Below, one piece after another: positions 12,601-25,900 of a stretch of 64,000 bases of DNA. Every line of letters starts with the position of its first letter. Position 1 is the first letter of the stretch. A program made the translations under genes and the position numbers. The notes under the pieces are model-generated. The model saw only the letters and a list, made by a program, of their open reading frames with translations. It did no database searches and had not been told where the DNA came from. The DNA comes from the human T2T-CHM13v2.0 reference genome, Homo sapiens, in NCBI GenBank assembly GCA_009914755.4, contig CP068257.2, positions 2,048,001-2,112,000 of the forward strand, written 5' to 3'.

Positions 12601-15000
12601 AATGGCATGGAATGGAGTCGGATGAAATTGAATGGAATTGAAAGGAATGGCATGGAATGGAGAGGAAGGCAATGGAGTGGAATGGAGTGGATTGGAATGG
12701 AAAGGAGCGGAATGGATTGGAGCGGAGTGGAATGCAATGGAGTGAAATGGAGAGTAGTGGAATGGAATGCAATGGATTCTTGAGGAATGGAATGAATTGG
12801 AGTAGAATGGAGTGGAAAAGAGTGGAGTGCAATGGTAATCATTGGAATAGAATGGATTGTAAAGGAGCTGAGAGAAGTGACATAGATTAGAGTGGAACGG
12901 AGTTATTTGGAGTGGAATGGAATGGACTGTAATGGAATTGAATGGAGTGGAATGGAATGGAATGGAGTGAAGTGGAGTGGGATCGAGTGGAATGGAATGG
13001 AATGGAGTGGAATGGAATGGAATGGATATGAGGGGAGTGGAATGAAATGAAATGGAATGGAATAGAGTGGATTGGAAAGGAATGGAATGGAATGGAGTGA
13101 TGTGGAATGAAATGGAGTGGATGGAGTGGAGTTTAGCGGATTGGAATGGAATGGAGTGGAATGGAATAGAGTGGAATGGAATGGAATGGTGTGTAGTGGA
13201 ATGTAACTGGATGGAAAGGAATGGAATGAAATGGAAAGGAATGGAACGGAGTGGAGAGGATTAGAGTGGAATGGAATTAAGTGGAGTGGAAAAAAATGCA
13301 ATGGAATGAAAAGCAATGGAGTGGAGTGGAATGGAGTGGAAAGGAATGGACCAGAATGGAACGGAATGGAATGGAGAGGAATGTAATGTAATGGAATGGA
13401 GTGGAATGGAATTGATTGGAATGGAATGTAGTGGAGTGGAGTGGAGTGGGGTCGAGTGGATGGGAATAGAATGGAATGGAATTGATTGGAATTGAAACGA
13501 GGGGAGTGGAGTGGATAGAATGGAATGGAGTGGAGTTGAATGGATTGGAATGGAATGCAATGGAATGGAGAGAAGGGGTGTGGAGTGGAATAGAATGGAT
13601 TGGAGTGGAATGGAATGGAATGAAATGGAATGGAACGGAATCGAGAGCAAAGGAGTGGAGTGGAATGGATTGGAATGGAATCGAATGGAAGGGAGATGAG
13701 GGGTGTGGAGTGGAAAAGAGTTTATTGGAGTTGAATGGAATAGAGTGGAGCAGATTGGAATGGAATGGAAGGGAGAGGAGGGCAATAGAATGAAATGGAA
13801 TGGAATTTAATGGAATGGAGTGGAACAGAATGCAATGGAGTGGAATGTAATGAAATGGAAAGGCATGGGATGAAGTGGAACGCAATGGAATGGAATGGAT
13901 TGGTAATGAGGAGAGAGGAGTGGAATGGAATGGAGTGGAAAGCAGTGGAGGGGATTGGAATGGAATGGAGTGGAGTGGGATTGAATGGAGTGTAATGGAA
14001 TGGAGTGGAATGGAGTGGAGTGGAATGGAATGGAACGGAGTGTGGTGGAATGGAATGGAATGAAGTAGAGAGAAATGGAGTAGAGTGGAGAGGAATACAG
14101 CGGAATGAAGAGGAGTAGAATAGAATAGAATAGAATGGAATGGTGTGTAGTGGAATGAAATGGAGTGGCATGGAATGGAGTGGAGTGGAATTGAGTGGAG
14201 TGCAATGGATTGGAATGGAATGGAATGCAATGGAATGGAATCGAATGTAATGGGATGGGGTAGAGTGGAATTGAATGGATGTTAATGGATGGAGTGGAAT
14301 GGAATGTAGTGTAAAGGAATGGAATGTACTCAAGTAGAATGAAATTTAATAGAAAGGAAAGAAGGGGAGTGCAATGTAATGGAAAGGAGTGGAATGGAAT
14401 GGAATGGAATGGAATGGAATGTTATGGAATGGAATGGAATGGAATCGAGTGGACTGGAATGGAATGGAGTGGAGTGGAAGGGAATGGAATGGAATTGAAT
14501 GGATTGCAGTGGATTGAAGTGGAGTTCTTTGGAATGGAATGGAGTGGAATGGAATTAAATGGAATGGAGTGGAATGGAAGGGGGTGGAGTGGAATGGAAT
14601 GGAACAGAATGGAGTGGAGTGGAATGGAATGGAATTGAGTGGAGTACAGTGGAGATGATTGAATATGAGTGGAGTGGAGTGGAATGGAGTGGATTGGAAT
14701 AGAAAAAACGGAATGGAATGGATTGAAATGGAACGAAGTGAAATGGAATGGAGTGGAATGGACTGTGGTAGACTGGAATGGAATAGAGTGGAATGGATTG
14801 GAGAGAAGTGGAACAGAATGGAATGGTGTGGAAGGGAATGCAATGGAACAGAGTGGACTAGAAAGGATTTGAGTGGAATGGAGTGAAATGGAATTTAATG
14901 GAATACAACGGAATGGCATAGAATGGAGTGGGATGGAGAGGAATGGAATGGAATGGAATGGAATCTAATGGAACAGAAAGGAATGGAGGGAAGTGGGAAG
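6700..15000 (+). repeat. Higher-order repeat of ~4.5 kb in two tandem copies, approximately 6.7-11.3 kb and 11.3-15 kb
   Basis: Diagnostic diverged segments recur with a 4.45-4.6 kb offset: gcaacagagt at ~6780/11320; ggataggaatggaatgtaga(t/c)gaacgg at ~7345/11845; gtggc(t/g)tc(g/c)ag..ggtaattgaaagtaa at ~7545/12035; aatagaatcga.tggaatgg...gcgtgaaa at ~7683/12193; gattcttgaggaatggaatgaa at ~8180/12775; aatggtgtgtagtggaatgaaatggagtggcatggaatggagtg at ~9655/14140; gaatgtagtgtaaagg at ~9805/14295; ggattggagagaagtggaacagaatggaatgg at ~10350/14795. Confidence 0.6.
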
Positions 15001-15799
15001 GAATGGAATTTAATGGAATGGAGTGGAATGGAGAGGATTGTTATGGAGTGGCAAGGAATGAAATCGAATGGAGTGGAATGGAATGGAATGGAGTGGAGTG
15101 GAGTGGAGTGGAATGGAGTGGAGAGGAGTGTAGTGGAATGGAATGGAAGGAATGGAATTTAATGGAATGGAATGGCAGGGAATGGAATGTAGCGGAGGGG
15201 AGAGGAGAGGAGTGGAAAGTAATGGAGTGGAATGGAATGGAACAGAATGGAGTGGAATGGAGAGAAGAGGAGTGGAATTGTATGCAATGGAGTGGAATGG
15301 AAGGGAATGGAATGGTACGGAAAGGAATGAAGTGGAATGGAATGGAATTGAAAGGAACGGAATGGAATAGCGTGGAATGGAATGGTGTGGAATGGAATGG
15401 TATGGATTCGAGTGGAATGGAGCAGAATGGAATGGAAGCGAATGTACTGGAGTGGAGTGGAGTGGAATGGAATAGAAAAGAATGGAATTGGGTGGATTGC
15501 AATGGAATTGACTGGAGTGGAAGACAATGGAATGGAATGGAATGGTTGTAGTAGAGTGGAGTGTGGTCGGGTGGAATAAAATGGAATGGATTGGAGTGAA
15601 ATGGAACGGAATTCCGTGGAATACAATGAAATGGAATGGAATGGAATGGAAAGGAAAGGAATGGAACGGAACGGGCCAGAACAGAATGGAATGGAACGAA
15701 ATGGAATGGAATGGAATGGAATAGAGTGGAAAGGAATGGAATGAAATGGGGTGGAATATAGAGGAGTGGAGTGGAATGGAATGGAATGCAGTGGAGTGG

Positions 15800-15957
15800 A
15801 AAGGAATGGAGCAGAATTTATTGGAATGGAATGCAATGCAATGGAAACGAATGGAATGGAATGGGGTGGAATGGGGTAGTGCGGAAAGGAATGGAGCAGA
15901 ATTTAATGGAATGGAATGCAATGGAATGGAAACGAATGGAATGGAATGGGGTGGAAT
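15800..15957 (+). repeat. Local tandem duplication, ~85-bp unit x2
   Basis: aaaggaatggagcagaattta.tggaatggaatgcaatg..gaaacgaatggaatggaatggggtggaat is present at 15800 and again at 15885. Confidence 0.8.
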
Positions 15958-18542
15958 AGAGTGGTGTGGAATTTAATGGAGTGAAGTTGAATGGAATGGA
16001 ATGGAAAGGATTGGAATGCAGTGGAGTGGAATGGATTGGAATAGAATGGAATAGAGTGGAATGGAATCTAGTGTAATGGAATGGAAGGGAATGAAATGAA
16101 ATGCAGTCGAATGTAATAGAATAGAACGGAAGTGAATGGAGTGGAGTGAAAAGTATTGAATTTTTTCAAGTGGAATGGAATGGAATGGAATGTAAAGGAA
16201 TGGAATGCATTGGAAATGAATGGAAAGGAATGGAGTGGAAGTGTAGTATACTGGAGTGGAGTGGAGTGAAATGGAAGAGAATAGAATGGAAAGGAACGGA
16301 ATGGAACAGAATGGATTGGAATGGAATGGAATGGAATGGAATAGACTGTATTGGAATGTAATGTAATGTTATGTAATGGAAAGGAATGGAATAGAGTGGA
16401 ACGGAATGGAATTGAATGGAGTGGAATGTAGAGGAGTGGAGTGTAATGGAATGGAATGTTGTGGAAGGGATTTTAGAGGAATGGAGTGGAGTGGAATGGA
16501 ATGGAGTGGAATAGAGTGCAGTGGAATGGAATGGAGTGGAATGGAATGGAATGGAGTGGAATGGAATGGAAAGAATTGGAGTGGACTTCTGTGGAATAGA
16601 ATGGAATGGAGAGGAGGGGAACGGAGTGGAGTAGACTAGAATGAAATCAAATGGAATGGAATGGAATGGAAAGGAAAGAAATGGAATCGAGTGGAGTGGA
16701 GAAGAAGAGAATGGAGTGGAGTAAAATGGATTGGAATGGAAAGGAACAGAATGGAATGGAGTGAAGTGGAGTGGAGAGAACTGGAGAGGAATGGAGTGGA
16801 ATTTAATGGAATGGAAGGGAATGGAATGGAATGGAGTGCAGTGGAATGGAATGGAATGGAATGGAATGGAGTGGATTGGAATGGAATGAAGTGTAATGGA
16901 AAGGAGTGGAATGGGATGGAATGGACTGGAGAGGAGTGGAATGGAATTGAATGCAATAAAATGGAATGGAGTGAAGTGGAGTGAAGTGGAATATAATGTA
17001 ATGGAATGCAATGGAGTGCAATGGAGTGGAGTGGATTGGAACGGAATAGAGTGGAATAGAGTGGAGTGGATGGAATGGAATGGAATGGAATGGAAAGGAA
17101 TGGAATGGAATGGAGTGGAATGGATTGGAATGGAATGGAATGGAGTGGAATGGAATGGAATGGAATGGAGTGGATTGAAGTGGAATGGAAAGGAAAGGAA
17201 TGGCATGGAATGGAATGGAATGGAGTGGAGTGGAGAGGTGGGGATAGGGGTGGAATGCAATGAAATGCAATCCAATGGAATGGAATGCAATGGAATGGAA
17301 TGCAATGGAATGGAAGGGAATGGAGTGGAATGAAGGAGAGTGGAATGGAATGGAGTGGAATGGAATGGAATGGATTGGAATGATGTGGAGTGGGGTGGAT
17401 GGAATGGAATGGAATGGACTGGACTGGACTGGATGGAATAAAATGTAAAGGCACGTATCAAATGGATGTAATGGAATCGAATGGAAGTGAGTGCACTGGA
17501 GTGGAGTGGAGTGTAAAGAAATGGAATGGAGTGGAATTCAAGGGAATGGAAAGGGAAGGAATGGAATGGAAAGGAAAGGAATGGAGTGGAGTGGTTTGGA
17601 ATGGAATGGAGTAGAGTGGAATGGAATGCAATGGAATGGAATGGAATGAATCGGAATGGAATGGAAACGAATTCCATAATGTGGAAGGAATGGAATGGAG
17701 TGGAATGGAATCTTGTGGAATGCAACAGAAGGCAATGGAATGGAAAGGAGAGGAGTGTAGTGTAGTGGAATGGAATGAACAGGTATGGAATGTAACCTAA
17801 AGTAGTTGAATGGAATGGAGTAGAATGGAATGGGGTGGAATGAAATGGAGTGTTATGGAATGCAATTGAGTGGAATGGGGTCGAATGGAGTGGAGTGTAA
17901 TGGAATGGCATGGAATCGAGTGGATTGGAATGGATTGGGATTGAGTGGAGTGGAATGCAAAGGAGTGGAATGGAATGGAATGGATTGGATTGGAGTTGAG
18001 TGGAATGGAATGGAATGGAGTGTAGTGGAGAGGAGTTTATAGGAGTGGAGTGGAGTGGAGTGGAAGGGAGTGGAATGGATTGGAATGGAATGGAATTGAA
18101 CGGAGCGGAAGGGAGTGGAGTGTAGTAGAGTGGAATGAAATGGAATGGAATTGAATGGAAAGGAATGGAAGGAATGGAATGGAATGAAAGGGAATCGAGT
18201 GGATTGGAGCGGAATAGAATGGAGGGGAAAGGAACGGAATGGAATGGAATGTAATGGAACGGAGTGGAGTCTAGTGAAGAGGAATGGAGCGGAACAGAAT
18301 GGAATATAGTGGAATGGAGTCGAGTGGAGTGCAGTGTAATGCAACGATATAGAAAGGAATGCAGTGGAATGGAATGGAGTGGAATGGAATGGAGTGGAAT
18401 GGAATGGAGTCGAATGGAATGGAATGGAATGGAGTGGAGTGGAATGGTAATGAATGCAATAAAATTGAGTAGAGTTGAATGGAGTGAAGTGGAGTGGAAC
18501 GGAATGAAGTGGAATAGAGTGGAGTGAAAAGGAATGGAATGG

Positions 18543-18652
18543 ATGGAATGGAATGGAATGAAATGGAATGGAATGGAATGAAATGGAATGGAATGGAATG
18601 AAACGGAATGGAATGGAATGAAATGGAATGGAATGGAATGAAATGGAAGTGA
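18543..18652 (+). repeat. 20-bp unit (ggaatggaatggaatgaaat), ~5.5 tandem copies
   Basis: The period-20 pattern gaatggaatggaatgaaatg repeats exactly, with one aaacg variant. Confidence 0.85.
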
Positions 18653-18799
18653 CCGGAGTGGAATGGAATGGAATGAAATGGAATGGAGTGGAATGGAATG
18701 GAATGGAAAGGAAAGGAATGGAATGGAAAAGAATGGAATGAAATGGAATGGAGTGGAATAGAATGGAATGGAATGGAATGGAATGGAATGGAATGGAAT

Positions 18800-21700
18800 G
18801 GAATGGAATGGAATCAACTGGAATGGGATGGAATGAAATGGAATGGAAAGAAAGGGAATGGAATTTAATGAAACGGAGACTATCCGAACGGAATGGAATG
18901 GAATGGAATGCAATGGAATGGAATAAACACGAATGGAATGGAATGGAATGGAATGGAATGGAATGGAATGGAATGGAATGGAATGGAATGGAATGGAGTG
19001 GAATGGAATGGAATGGAATGGAACTTAATGGAATGGATTCAACCCAAGTAGAATGGAATGGAATGAAATGGAATGGAAAGGAATGGAAAGGAATGGAGTG
19101 GAATGGAATCAACGGGAGTGGAATGGAATGGAATGGAATGGAATGGAATGGAATGGAATGGAATCAACACGAGTGGCATGGAATGGAATGGAATGGAATG
19201 GAATGGAATGGAATGGAATGGAATCAACACGAGTGGCATGGAATGGAATGGAATGGAATGGAATAGAATGGAATGGAATGGAATAAACATTAAGGGGATG
19301 GAATGGAATGGAATGGAATGGGATGGAATGGAATGGAATGGAATGGAATAGTATGGAATAGAATCAATTGGAATGGAATGGAAGGGAATGGAATGAAATG
19401 GAGTGGAATGGAATCAACCCAAATAGAATTGAATGGAATGGAATAGAATGGAATGGAGTGGAAAGGAATTGAGTGGAATGGAATCAACCAGTTGGAATGG
19501 ATTGCAATGGAATGGAATGGAATGGAACGGCGTTGAATGGAACGGAATGGAATAGAATGCAATGGAATGGCATGGAATCAACCCGAGTGGAATGGAATGG
19601 AAAGGAATGCAATGGAATGGAATGGAATGGAATGGAACGGAACGGAATGGAACAGAACGGAATGGAATGGAATGGAATCAAACCAAATGGAATGGAATGG
19701 AATCAACCCCAGTGGAATGGAATTGAAAGAAATGGAATGGAATGGAATGGAATGGAATGGAATGGAGTCAACTGGAATGGAATAGAATGGAATGGAATGG
19801 AATGGAATGGAATGGAATGGAATGGAATGGAATGGAATGGAATGGAAAAAACCCGAGTGGAATGGAATGGAATGGAATGGAATGAACTAGAAAGGAATGG
19901 AGTGGGATGAAATGGAATGGAATGGAATGAAATGGAATGGAAGGGAATATAATGGAATGGAATGGAATGGAATCAACCCGAGTACAATGGAATGGAATGG
20001 AAAGGAATGGAAAGGAATCGAGTGGAATCAACCCGAGTGGAATGGAATGGAGTGGAATTAATTGGAATGGAATGGAATGGAATGGAATAGAATAGAAAGG
20101 AATCAACTAGAATGGAATGGAATGGAATGCAATGCAATGGAATAGAACGGAATAGACTGGAATGGAATGGAATGGAATGGAATGGAATAGAATGCAATAG
20201 AATGGAATGGACTCAACTCGAGTGGAATGGAATGAAATGTAATGGAATGGAATGCAATAGAATAGAATGCAATGGAATGGAATCAAGTAGCCTCGAATGC
20301 AACAGAATGCAATGCAATCAACTCAAGTGGAATGGAATGGAAAGGAGTGGAATACAATGGAATGGAATGCAATAGAATGGAATTGAATGGAATGGAATAA
20401 TGTGGCCTCAAGTGCAATAGAATTAAATGGAATCAACTTGAAGGAATGGAATGGAATGGAAAGGAATAAACTGGAATGGAATGGAATGGAATGGAATGGA
20501 ATGGAATGGAATGGAATGGAATGGAATGGAATCAACACGAGCCGAATGGAAGATTGGAATGGAATTTAATGGAATGGAATAGAGTCAACCGAAGTGGAAT
20601 GGAATGGAATGGAATGAAATGGAATCAATCGGAGTGGAAAAGAATGTAACGGAATGGAAAGGAATGGAATGGAATGGAATCATCCAGAGTGGAATGGAAT
20701 GGAATGGAATGGAATGGAATGGAATGGAATGGAATGGAATGGAATCAACACGAGCCAAATGGAAGATTGGAATGGAATTTAATGGAATGGAATAGAGTCA
20801 ACCGAAGTGGAATGGAATGGAATGGAATGAAATGGAATCAATCGGAGTGGAAAAGAATGTAACGGAATGGAAAGGAATGGAATGGAATGGAATCATCCAG
20901 AGTGGAATGGAATGGAATGGAATGGAATGGAATGGAATGGAATGCAATGGAATGGAATAGAATGGAATGGAATGAAATTAAATGGAGTCATCCCGAGTGG
21001 AATGGAATGGAAAGGAATTGAATGGAATGGAATGGAATGGAATCAACCCGAGTGGAATGGAATGGAATGCAATGGAATGGAATGGAATGGAATGGCATCA
21101 ACCTGAATGGAATGGAATAGAATGGAATGGAATTCAATGGAATGGAATGCTATCAACCCGAGTGACATGGAATGGAATGGAATGGAATGGAATGGAATCA
21201 AATGTAATGGAATGGAATGGAATCAACCCGAGTGGAATGGAATGGATTGGAATGGAATGGAAAGGAAAGGAAAGGAATGGAATGGAATGGAATGGAATGG
21301 AATCAAAATGAGTAGAATGGAATGGAATGGAATTATATGGAATGGAATGGAATGGGATGTTATGGAATGGAATGGAATGGAATCAACCCGGGTGGAATGG
21401 AATGGAATGGAATGGAATCAACCAGAAGGGATTGGAATGGAATGTAATGCAATGGAATGGAATGGAATGGAATCAACCCGAGTGTATTGGAATGGAATGC
21501 AATGGAGTGGAAGGGAATGGAATGGAATGGAATGCAATGCAATAGAATGGAATGGAAAGGAATGGAATGAAATAGCCTCGAATGCAACAGAATGGAATGT
21601 AATCAACTCGAGTGGAATGGAATGGAAAGGAGCGGAATGCAATGGAATGGAATGCAATAGAATGGAATTGAATGGAATGGAATGAAGTGGCCTCGAATGC

Positions 21701-22960
21701 AATAGAATGAAATGGAATCAACTCGAATGGAATGGAATGGAATGGAATGGAATGGAATGGAATGGAAAGGAATCAACTGGAATGGAATGGAATGGAATGG
21801 AATCAACGCAAGTGGAATGGAATGGAATGGAATGGAATGGAATGGAATGGAATGGAATGGAATGCAATGGACTCAAGCGGAGTGGAAAAGAATGTAACGG
21901 AATGGAAAGGAATGGAACATCCAGAGTGGAATGGAATGGAATGAAATGGAATGGAATGGAATGGAATGGAATGGAATGAAATGGAATGGAATGGAATGGA
22001 ATGGAATGGAATTTAATGGAGTCTTCCCGAGTGGAATGGAATGGAATGGAATGGAATGGAATCACCCCGAGAGGAATGGAATGGAATGCAATGCAATGGA
22101 ATGGAATGGAATGTCATCAACCCGAATGGAATGGAATAGAATGGAATGGAATTGAATGGAATGGAATGCTATCAACCCGAGTGGCATGGAATGGCATGGA
22201 AAGGAATGGAATCAAATGGAATGGAATGGAATGGAATGGAATGGAATGGAATGGAATGGAATGGAATGGAATCAACCCGAGTGGAATGCAATGGAAAGGA
22301 ATGGAATGGAATGGAATGGAATGGAATGGAATGGAATGGAATGGAATCAACCCGAGTGAATGGAATGGAATGGAATGGAAAGGAATGGAATCAACCCGAG
22401 TGGAATGGAGTGGAATGGAATGGAATGGAATGGAATCAACCCAAGTGGAATGGAATGGAATGGAATGGAATGGAATGGAATGGAATGGAATGGAATCAAC
22501 CCGAGGGGAATGGAATGGAATGCAATGGAATGGAATGGTATGGAATGGAATGGAAAGGAATGGAATCAACCTGAGTGGAATGGAATGGAATGGAATGGAA
22601 TGGAATGGAATGGAATGGAACGGAATCAACCCCAGTGTAGTGGAATGAAAGGAATGGAATGGAATGGAATGGAATAGAATCAACTAGAATGGAATAGAAT
22701 GGAATGGAATGGAATGGAATGGAATGGAATGGAATGGAATCAACCCGAGTGGAATGCAATGGAAAGGAATGGAATGAAATGGAATGGAAGGGAATATAAT
22801 GGAATGGAATGGAATGGAATCAACCCGAGTGCAATGGAATGGAATGGAATGGAATGGAATGGAATGGAATGGAATGCATTGGAATGGCATGGAATGGAAT
22901 GGAATCGAATGGAGTCAATTCGAGTGGAATGGAATGGAATGGAATGGAATAGATTGGAAT
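18800..22960 (+). repeat. Classical HSat3 sub-array of (GGAAT)n runs interrupted by the 10-mer CAACCCGAGT and variants (caacacgagt, caactcgagt, catccagagt, caaccgaagt)
   Basis: gaatcaacccgagtggaatgg recurs more than 40 times and only inside this interval. The (ggaatgg)n runs between copies are very pure. A diverged variant tract (gcctcgaatgcaa...aatcaactc(g/a)agtgg) sits at ~20100-20450 and ~21560-21720, so an internal HOR of roughly 1.25-1.3 kb is likely. Confidence 0.85.
20527..20955 (+). repeat. Near-exact tandem duplication of a 214-bp unit
   Basis: ggaatcaacacgagcc(g/a)aatggaagattggaatggaatttaatggaatggaatagagtcaaccgaagtgg...gaatcaatcggagtggaaaagaatgtaacggaatggaaagg...catccagagtgg occurs at 20527-20740 and 20741-20954. 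Copies differ by 1-2 bp. A third, partial copy lies near 21860-21930. Confidence 0.85.
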
Positions 22961-25900
22961 GGAATGGAATGGAATGGAATGGAATGGAATGGAATGGAAT
23001 GGAATGGAATGGAGTGGAATGGAGTGGGATGGATTAGAGTGGAGTGGAGTGGAGTGTTATGGAGAGGAGTGGACTGTAGTGGAATGGAATTGAATGGACC
23101 AGAGTGGAATAGTGTGGAATCGAGTTGGGTGGAATGGATTGGAATGGATTAAAGTGGAATGGAGTGGAGTGGAGTGGACTGGGGTGGAATGGAATGGAGT
23201 GGAGTGGAGTGCAACTGAGTGTAGTGGAGTGGAGTGGAACGGTATGGAGAGGAGAGGAATGGAATGGAATGGAATGGAAAGGAGTCAACTGGAATGGGAT
23301 TGAGTGAAATGGAATGGAACAGATGGGAATGTAATGGAATGGCGTAGAGTGGAATGGAATGGAGTGAAGTGGAATGGATTCGATTGGAAAAGAAAGGATT
23401 GGATTGGTGTTGAGTGGAATGGAGTGGAGTGGAATGGAGTAGGCTGGAGTGGATTGAAGTGGAGTGGAGTGGAATGTACTCGAATGGAATGGAATGGAGT
23501 GGAGTGGAGTGGAGTGCAATGGAATAGAATGGATTGAAGTGGAATGTAATGGAATGGAATGGAATGGAGTGGAATGCAATGGATTGGAAAGCGGAATGGA
23601 ATGGAATGTAACAGAGTGGAATGGAATGGAATGGAGTGGAGTGGAAGGAATGGAAAGAAGAGGAATGGATTTGAGATGAATAAAGTGGAATGGAATGCAG
23701 TGGAGCGGAATAAAATGGAAAGGAGTGGAACGGAATGGAATGGAGTGTAATGGAATGGAGTGGAGTGGAGTGGACTGGAGTGGAGTGCAGTGGAATGGAG
23801 TGGAATAGAATGGTGTAGAATGCAGTGGAATGGATTGGAGAGTGTAGAATGGAATGGAGTGTAGTGGAATTGAATAGAGCGGAGTGGAACCGAGTGGAGT
23901 GGAGTGGATTGGAGAGAGTTGTATTGAATGGAATGGAGTGGAAAGGAGTGGAGTACAATGGAATGGAGTGGAATGGAATGGAACGGAGTGGGATGGAATG
24001 TAATGAATTGGAGTTGAGTGGAATTGAGTGTATTTGAATGGAGTTGTGTGTAATGGAATGGAATGGAGTGGAGTTGAATGAAAAGTAGAGGAATGGAATG
24101 GAAAGAAGGGAGTGCAGTGGAGCGGAGTGGAATGGAATGGACTGGAGTGGAGTGGAATGGAGAGCAGTGGAGTGGAATGGAGTGGAGTTGAATTGAGTGG
24201 AGTGCAATGGAGTGGAGTGGAGTGGAATGGAGTGGAGTGGAGGGGAATGAACTAGAGTGGAATGGAATGGAGTGGATTGGTATGGACTGGAGTGAAATGG
24301 AAATGATTGGAGTGGAATGGAATGGAATGGAGTGGAGTGGAGTGGAGTGTGGTTGAATGGATTTGAGTGGAGTGGAGTGGTGTGGAATGGAATGGGGTGA
24401 AATGGATTTGAACGGAGTTCAATGGAGTCAAATGGAGCGGAGTGGAGCGGAATGGAATGCAGTGGAGTGAGGTAGAGTGGATTGGATTGGAGTGTTATGG
24501 AGAGGAGGGGAGTGTAGTGGAATCGAATGGACTGGAAGGGAATGGCGTAGAATTGAATTGAGTGGAGAGGATTGGAATGGATTTGGGTGGAATGGACTGA
24601 AGTGGAATGGAATGGAGTGGAATGGAATGGAGTGGAGTGGAGTGGAGTGCAACTGATTGGAGTGGAGTGGAGTAGAATGGAATGTAGAGGAGTGGAATGG
24701 AATGGAATGGAATGGAAAGTAGTGAACTGGCATGGCATGGACTGAAGAATGGAATAGGATGGGATGTAATGGAATGGAGTGGAGAGGAATGCAAAGGAGT
24801 GAACTGGAATGGAATGGACTGAAGTGGAATGGAATAGGATGGGATGTAACGGAATGAAGTAGAGAGGAATAGAATGGAGTGAAGTGGAATGGATTCAAAT
24901 AGACTAGAAAGAAGTGGGATGGAGTTGAGTGGAATGGAATGGAGTGGAATGGAGTTGGGTGGAGTGGAATGAAGTGGAGTGGAGTGGAATGTACTGGAAT
25001 GGAATGGAGAATAGTGGAGTGGAATGGAGTGGAATTTAGTGGAGTTGAGTGGAACGTACTGGAATGGATTGCAGTGGAATGGAGAGGAATGGAATGGAAC
25101 GTAGTGGAATGGAATGGAGTGGAGTGGAATGGAATGGATTGGATAGGAAAGGAATGGATGGAATGGAGTGCAATGGAATGGAATGGAGTGGAGTGGAAAG
25201 GAATGGAATTGAGGGGAATGGAATGCAGTGTAATAAAGTGCAATGGAATGCAGTGGAGTGGAATAAAATGGAGTGGAGTGGAACGGAATGGAATGGAGTG
25301 TAATGAAATGGAGTGGAGTGGAGTGCAGTGGAATGGAGTGGAATGGAATAGAATGGTGTGGAATGAAGTGGAATGGAGTGGAATGGAGTGGAGAATGTGG
25401 AATGCAATGGAGTGGAGTGGAATTGTGTGGAATGGAATGGAGTGGAGTAGAATGCAATGTATTGGAAAGGAATGAAATAGACTGGAGTGGAATATTATGG
25501 ATTGGAGTGGAGTAGAGTGGAGTGGAGTGGAGTTTAATGGAATGCAGTGGTGTGGAGTGGAGTGGAATGGAATGGAGTGGAGTGGACTACAGTGTAGTGG
25601 AGTGAAATGGACTGGAATGGAATGGAGTGGAGTAGAGAGAAGAGGATTGGAATGGATAGGAGTGGAATAGACTGGAATGGAATGGTGCAGAGTGAAATGG
25701 AGCTTACCAGAGTGGAAAGGAGTGGAAAGGAATGGAGTGTCATAAAATGGAACATGGTGGAGTTGAACTGAGTGGAGTGGAGAGGAATGAAGTGGAGAGG
25801 AATGAAGTGGAGTGGAATGGAGTGGAATGGAGTAGAATGAATCGGAGTGGAGAGGAATAGAGAGGAATGGTATGGAGAAGAGTGGAATGGAATGGAATGG

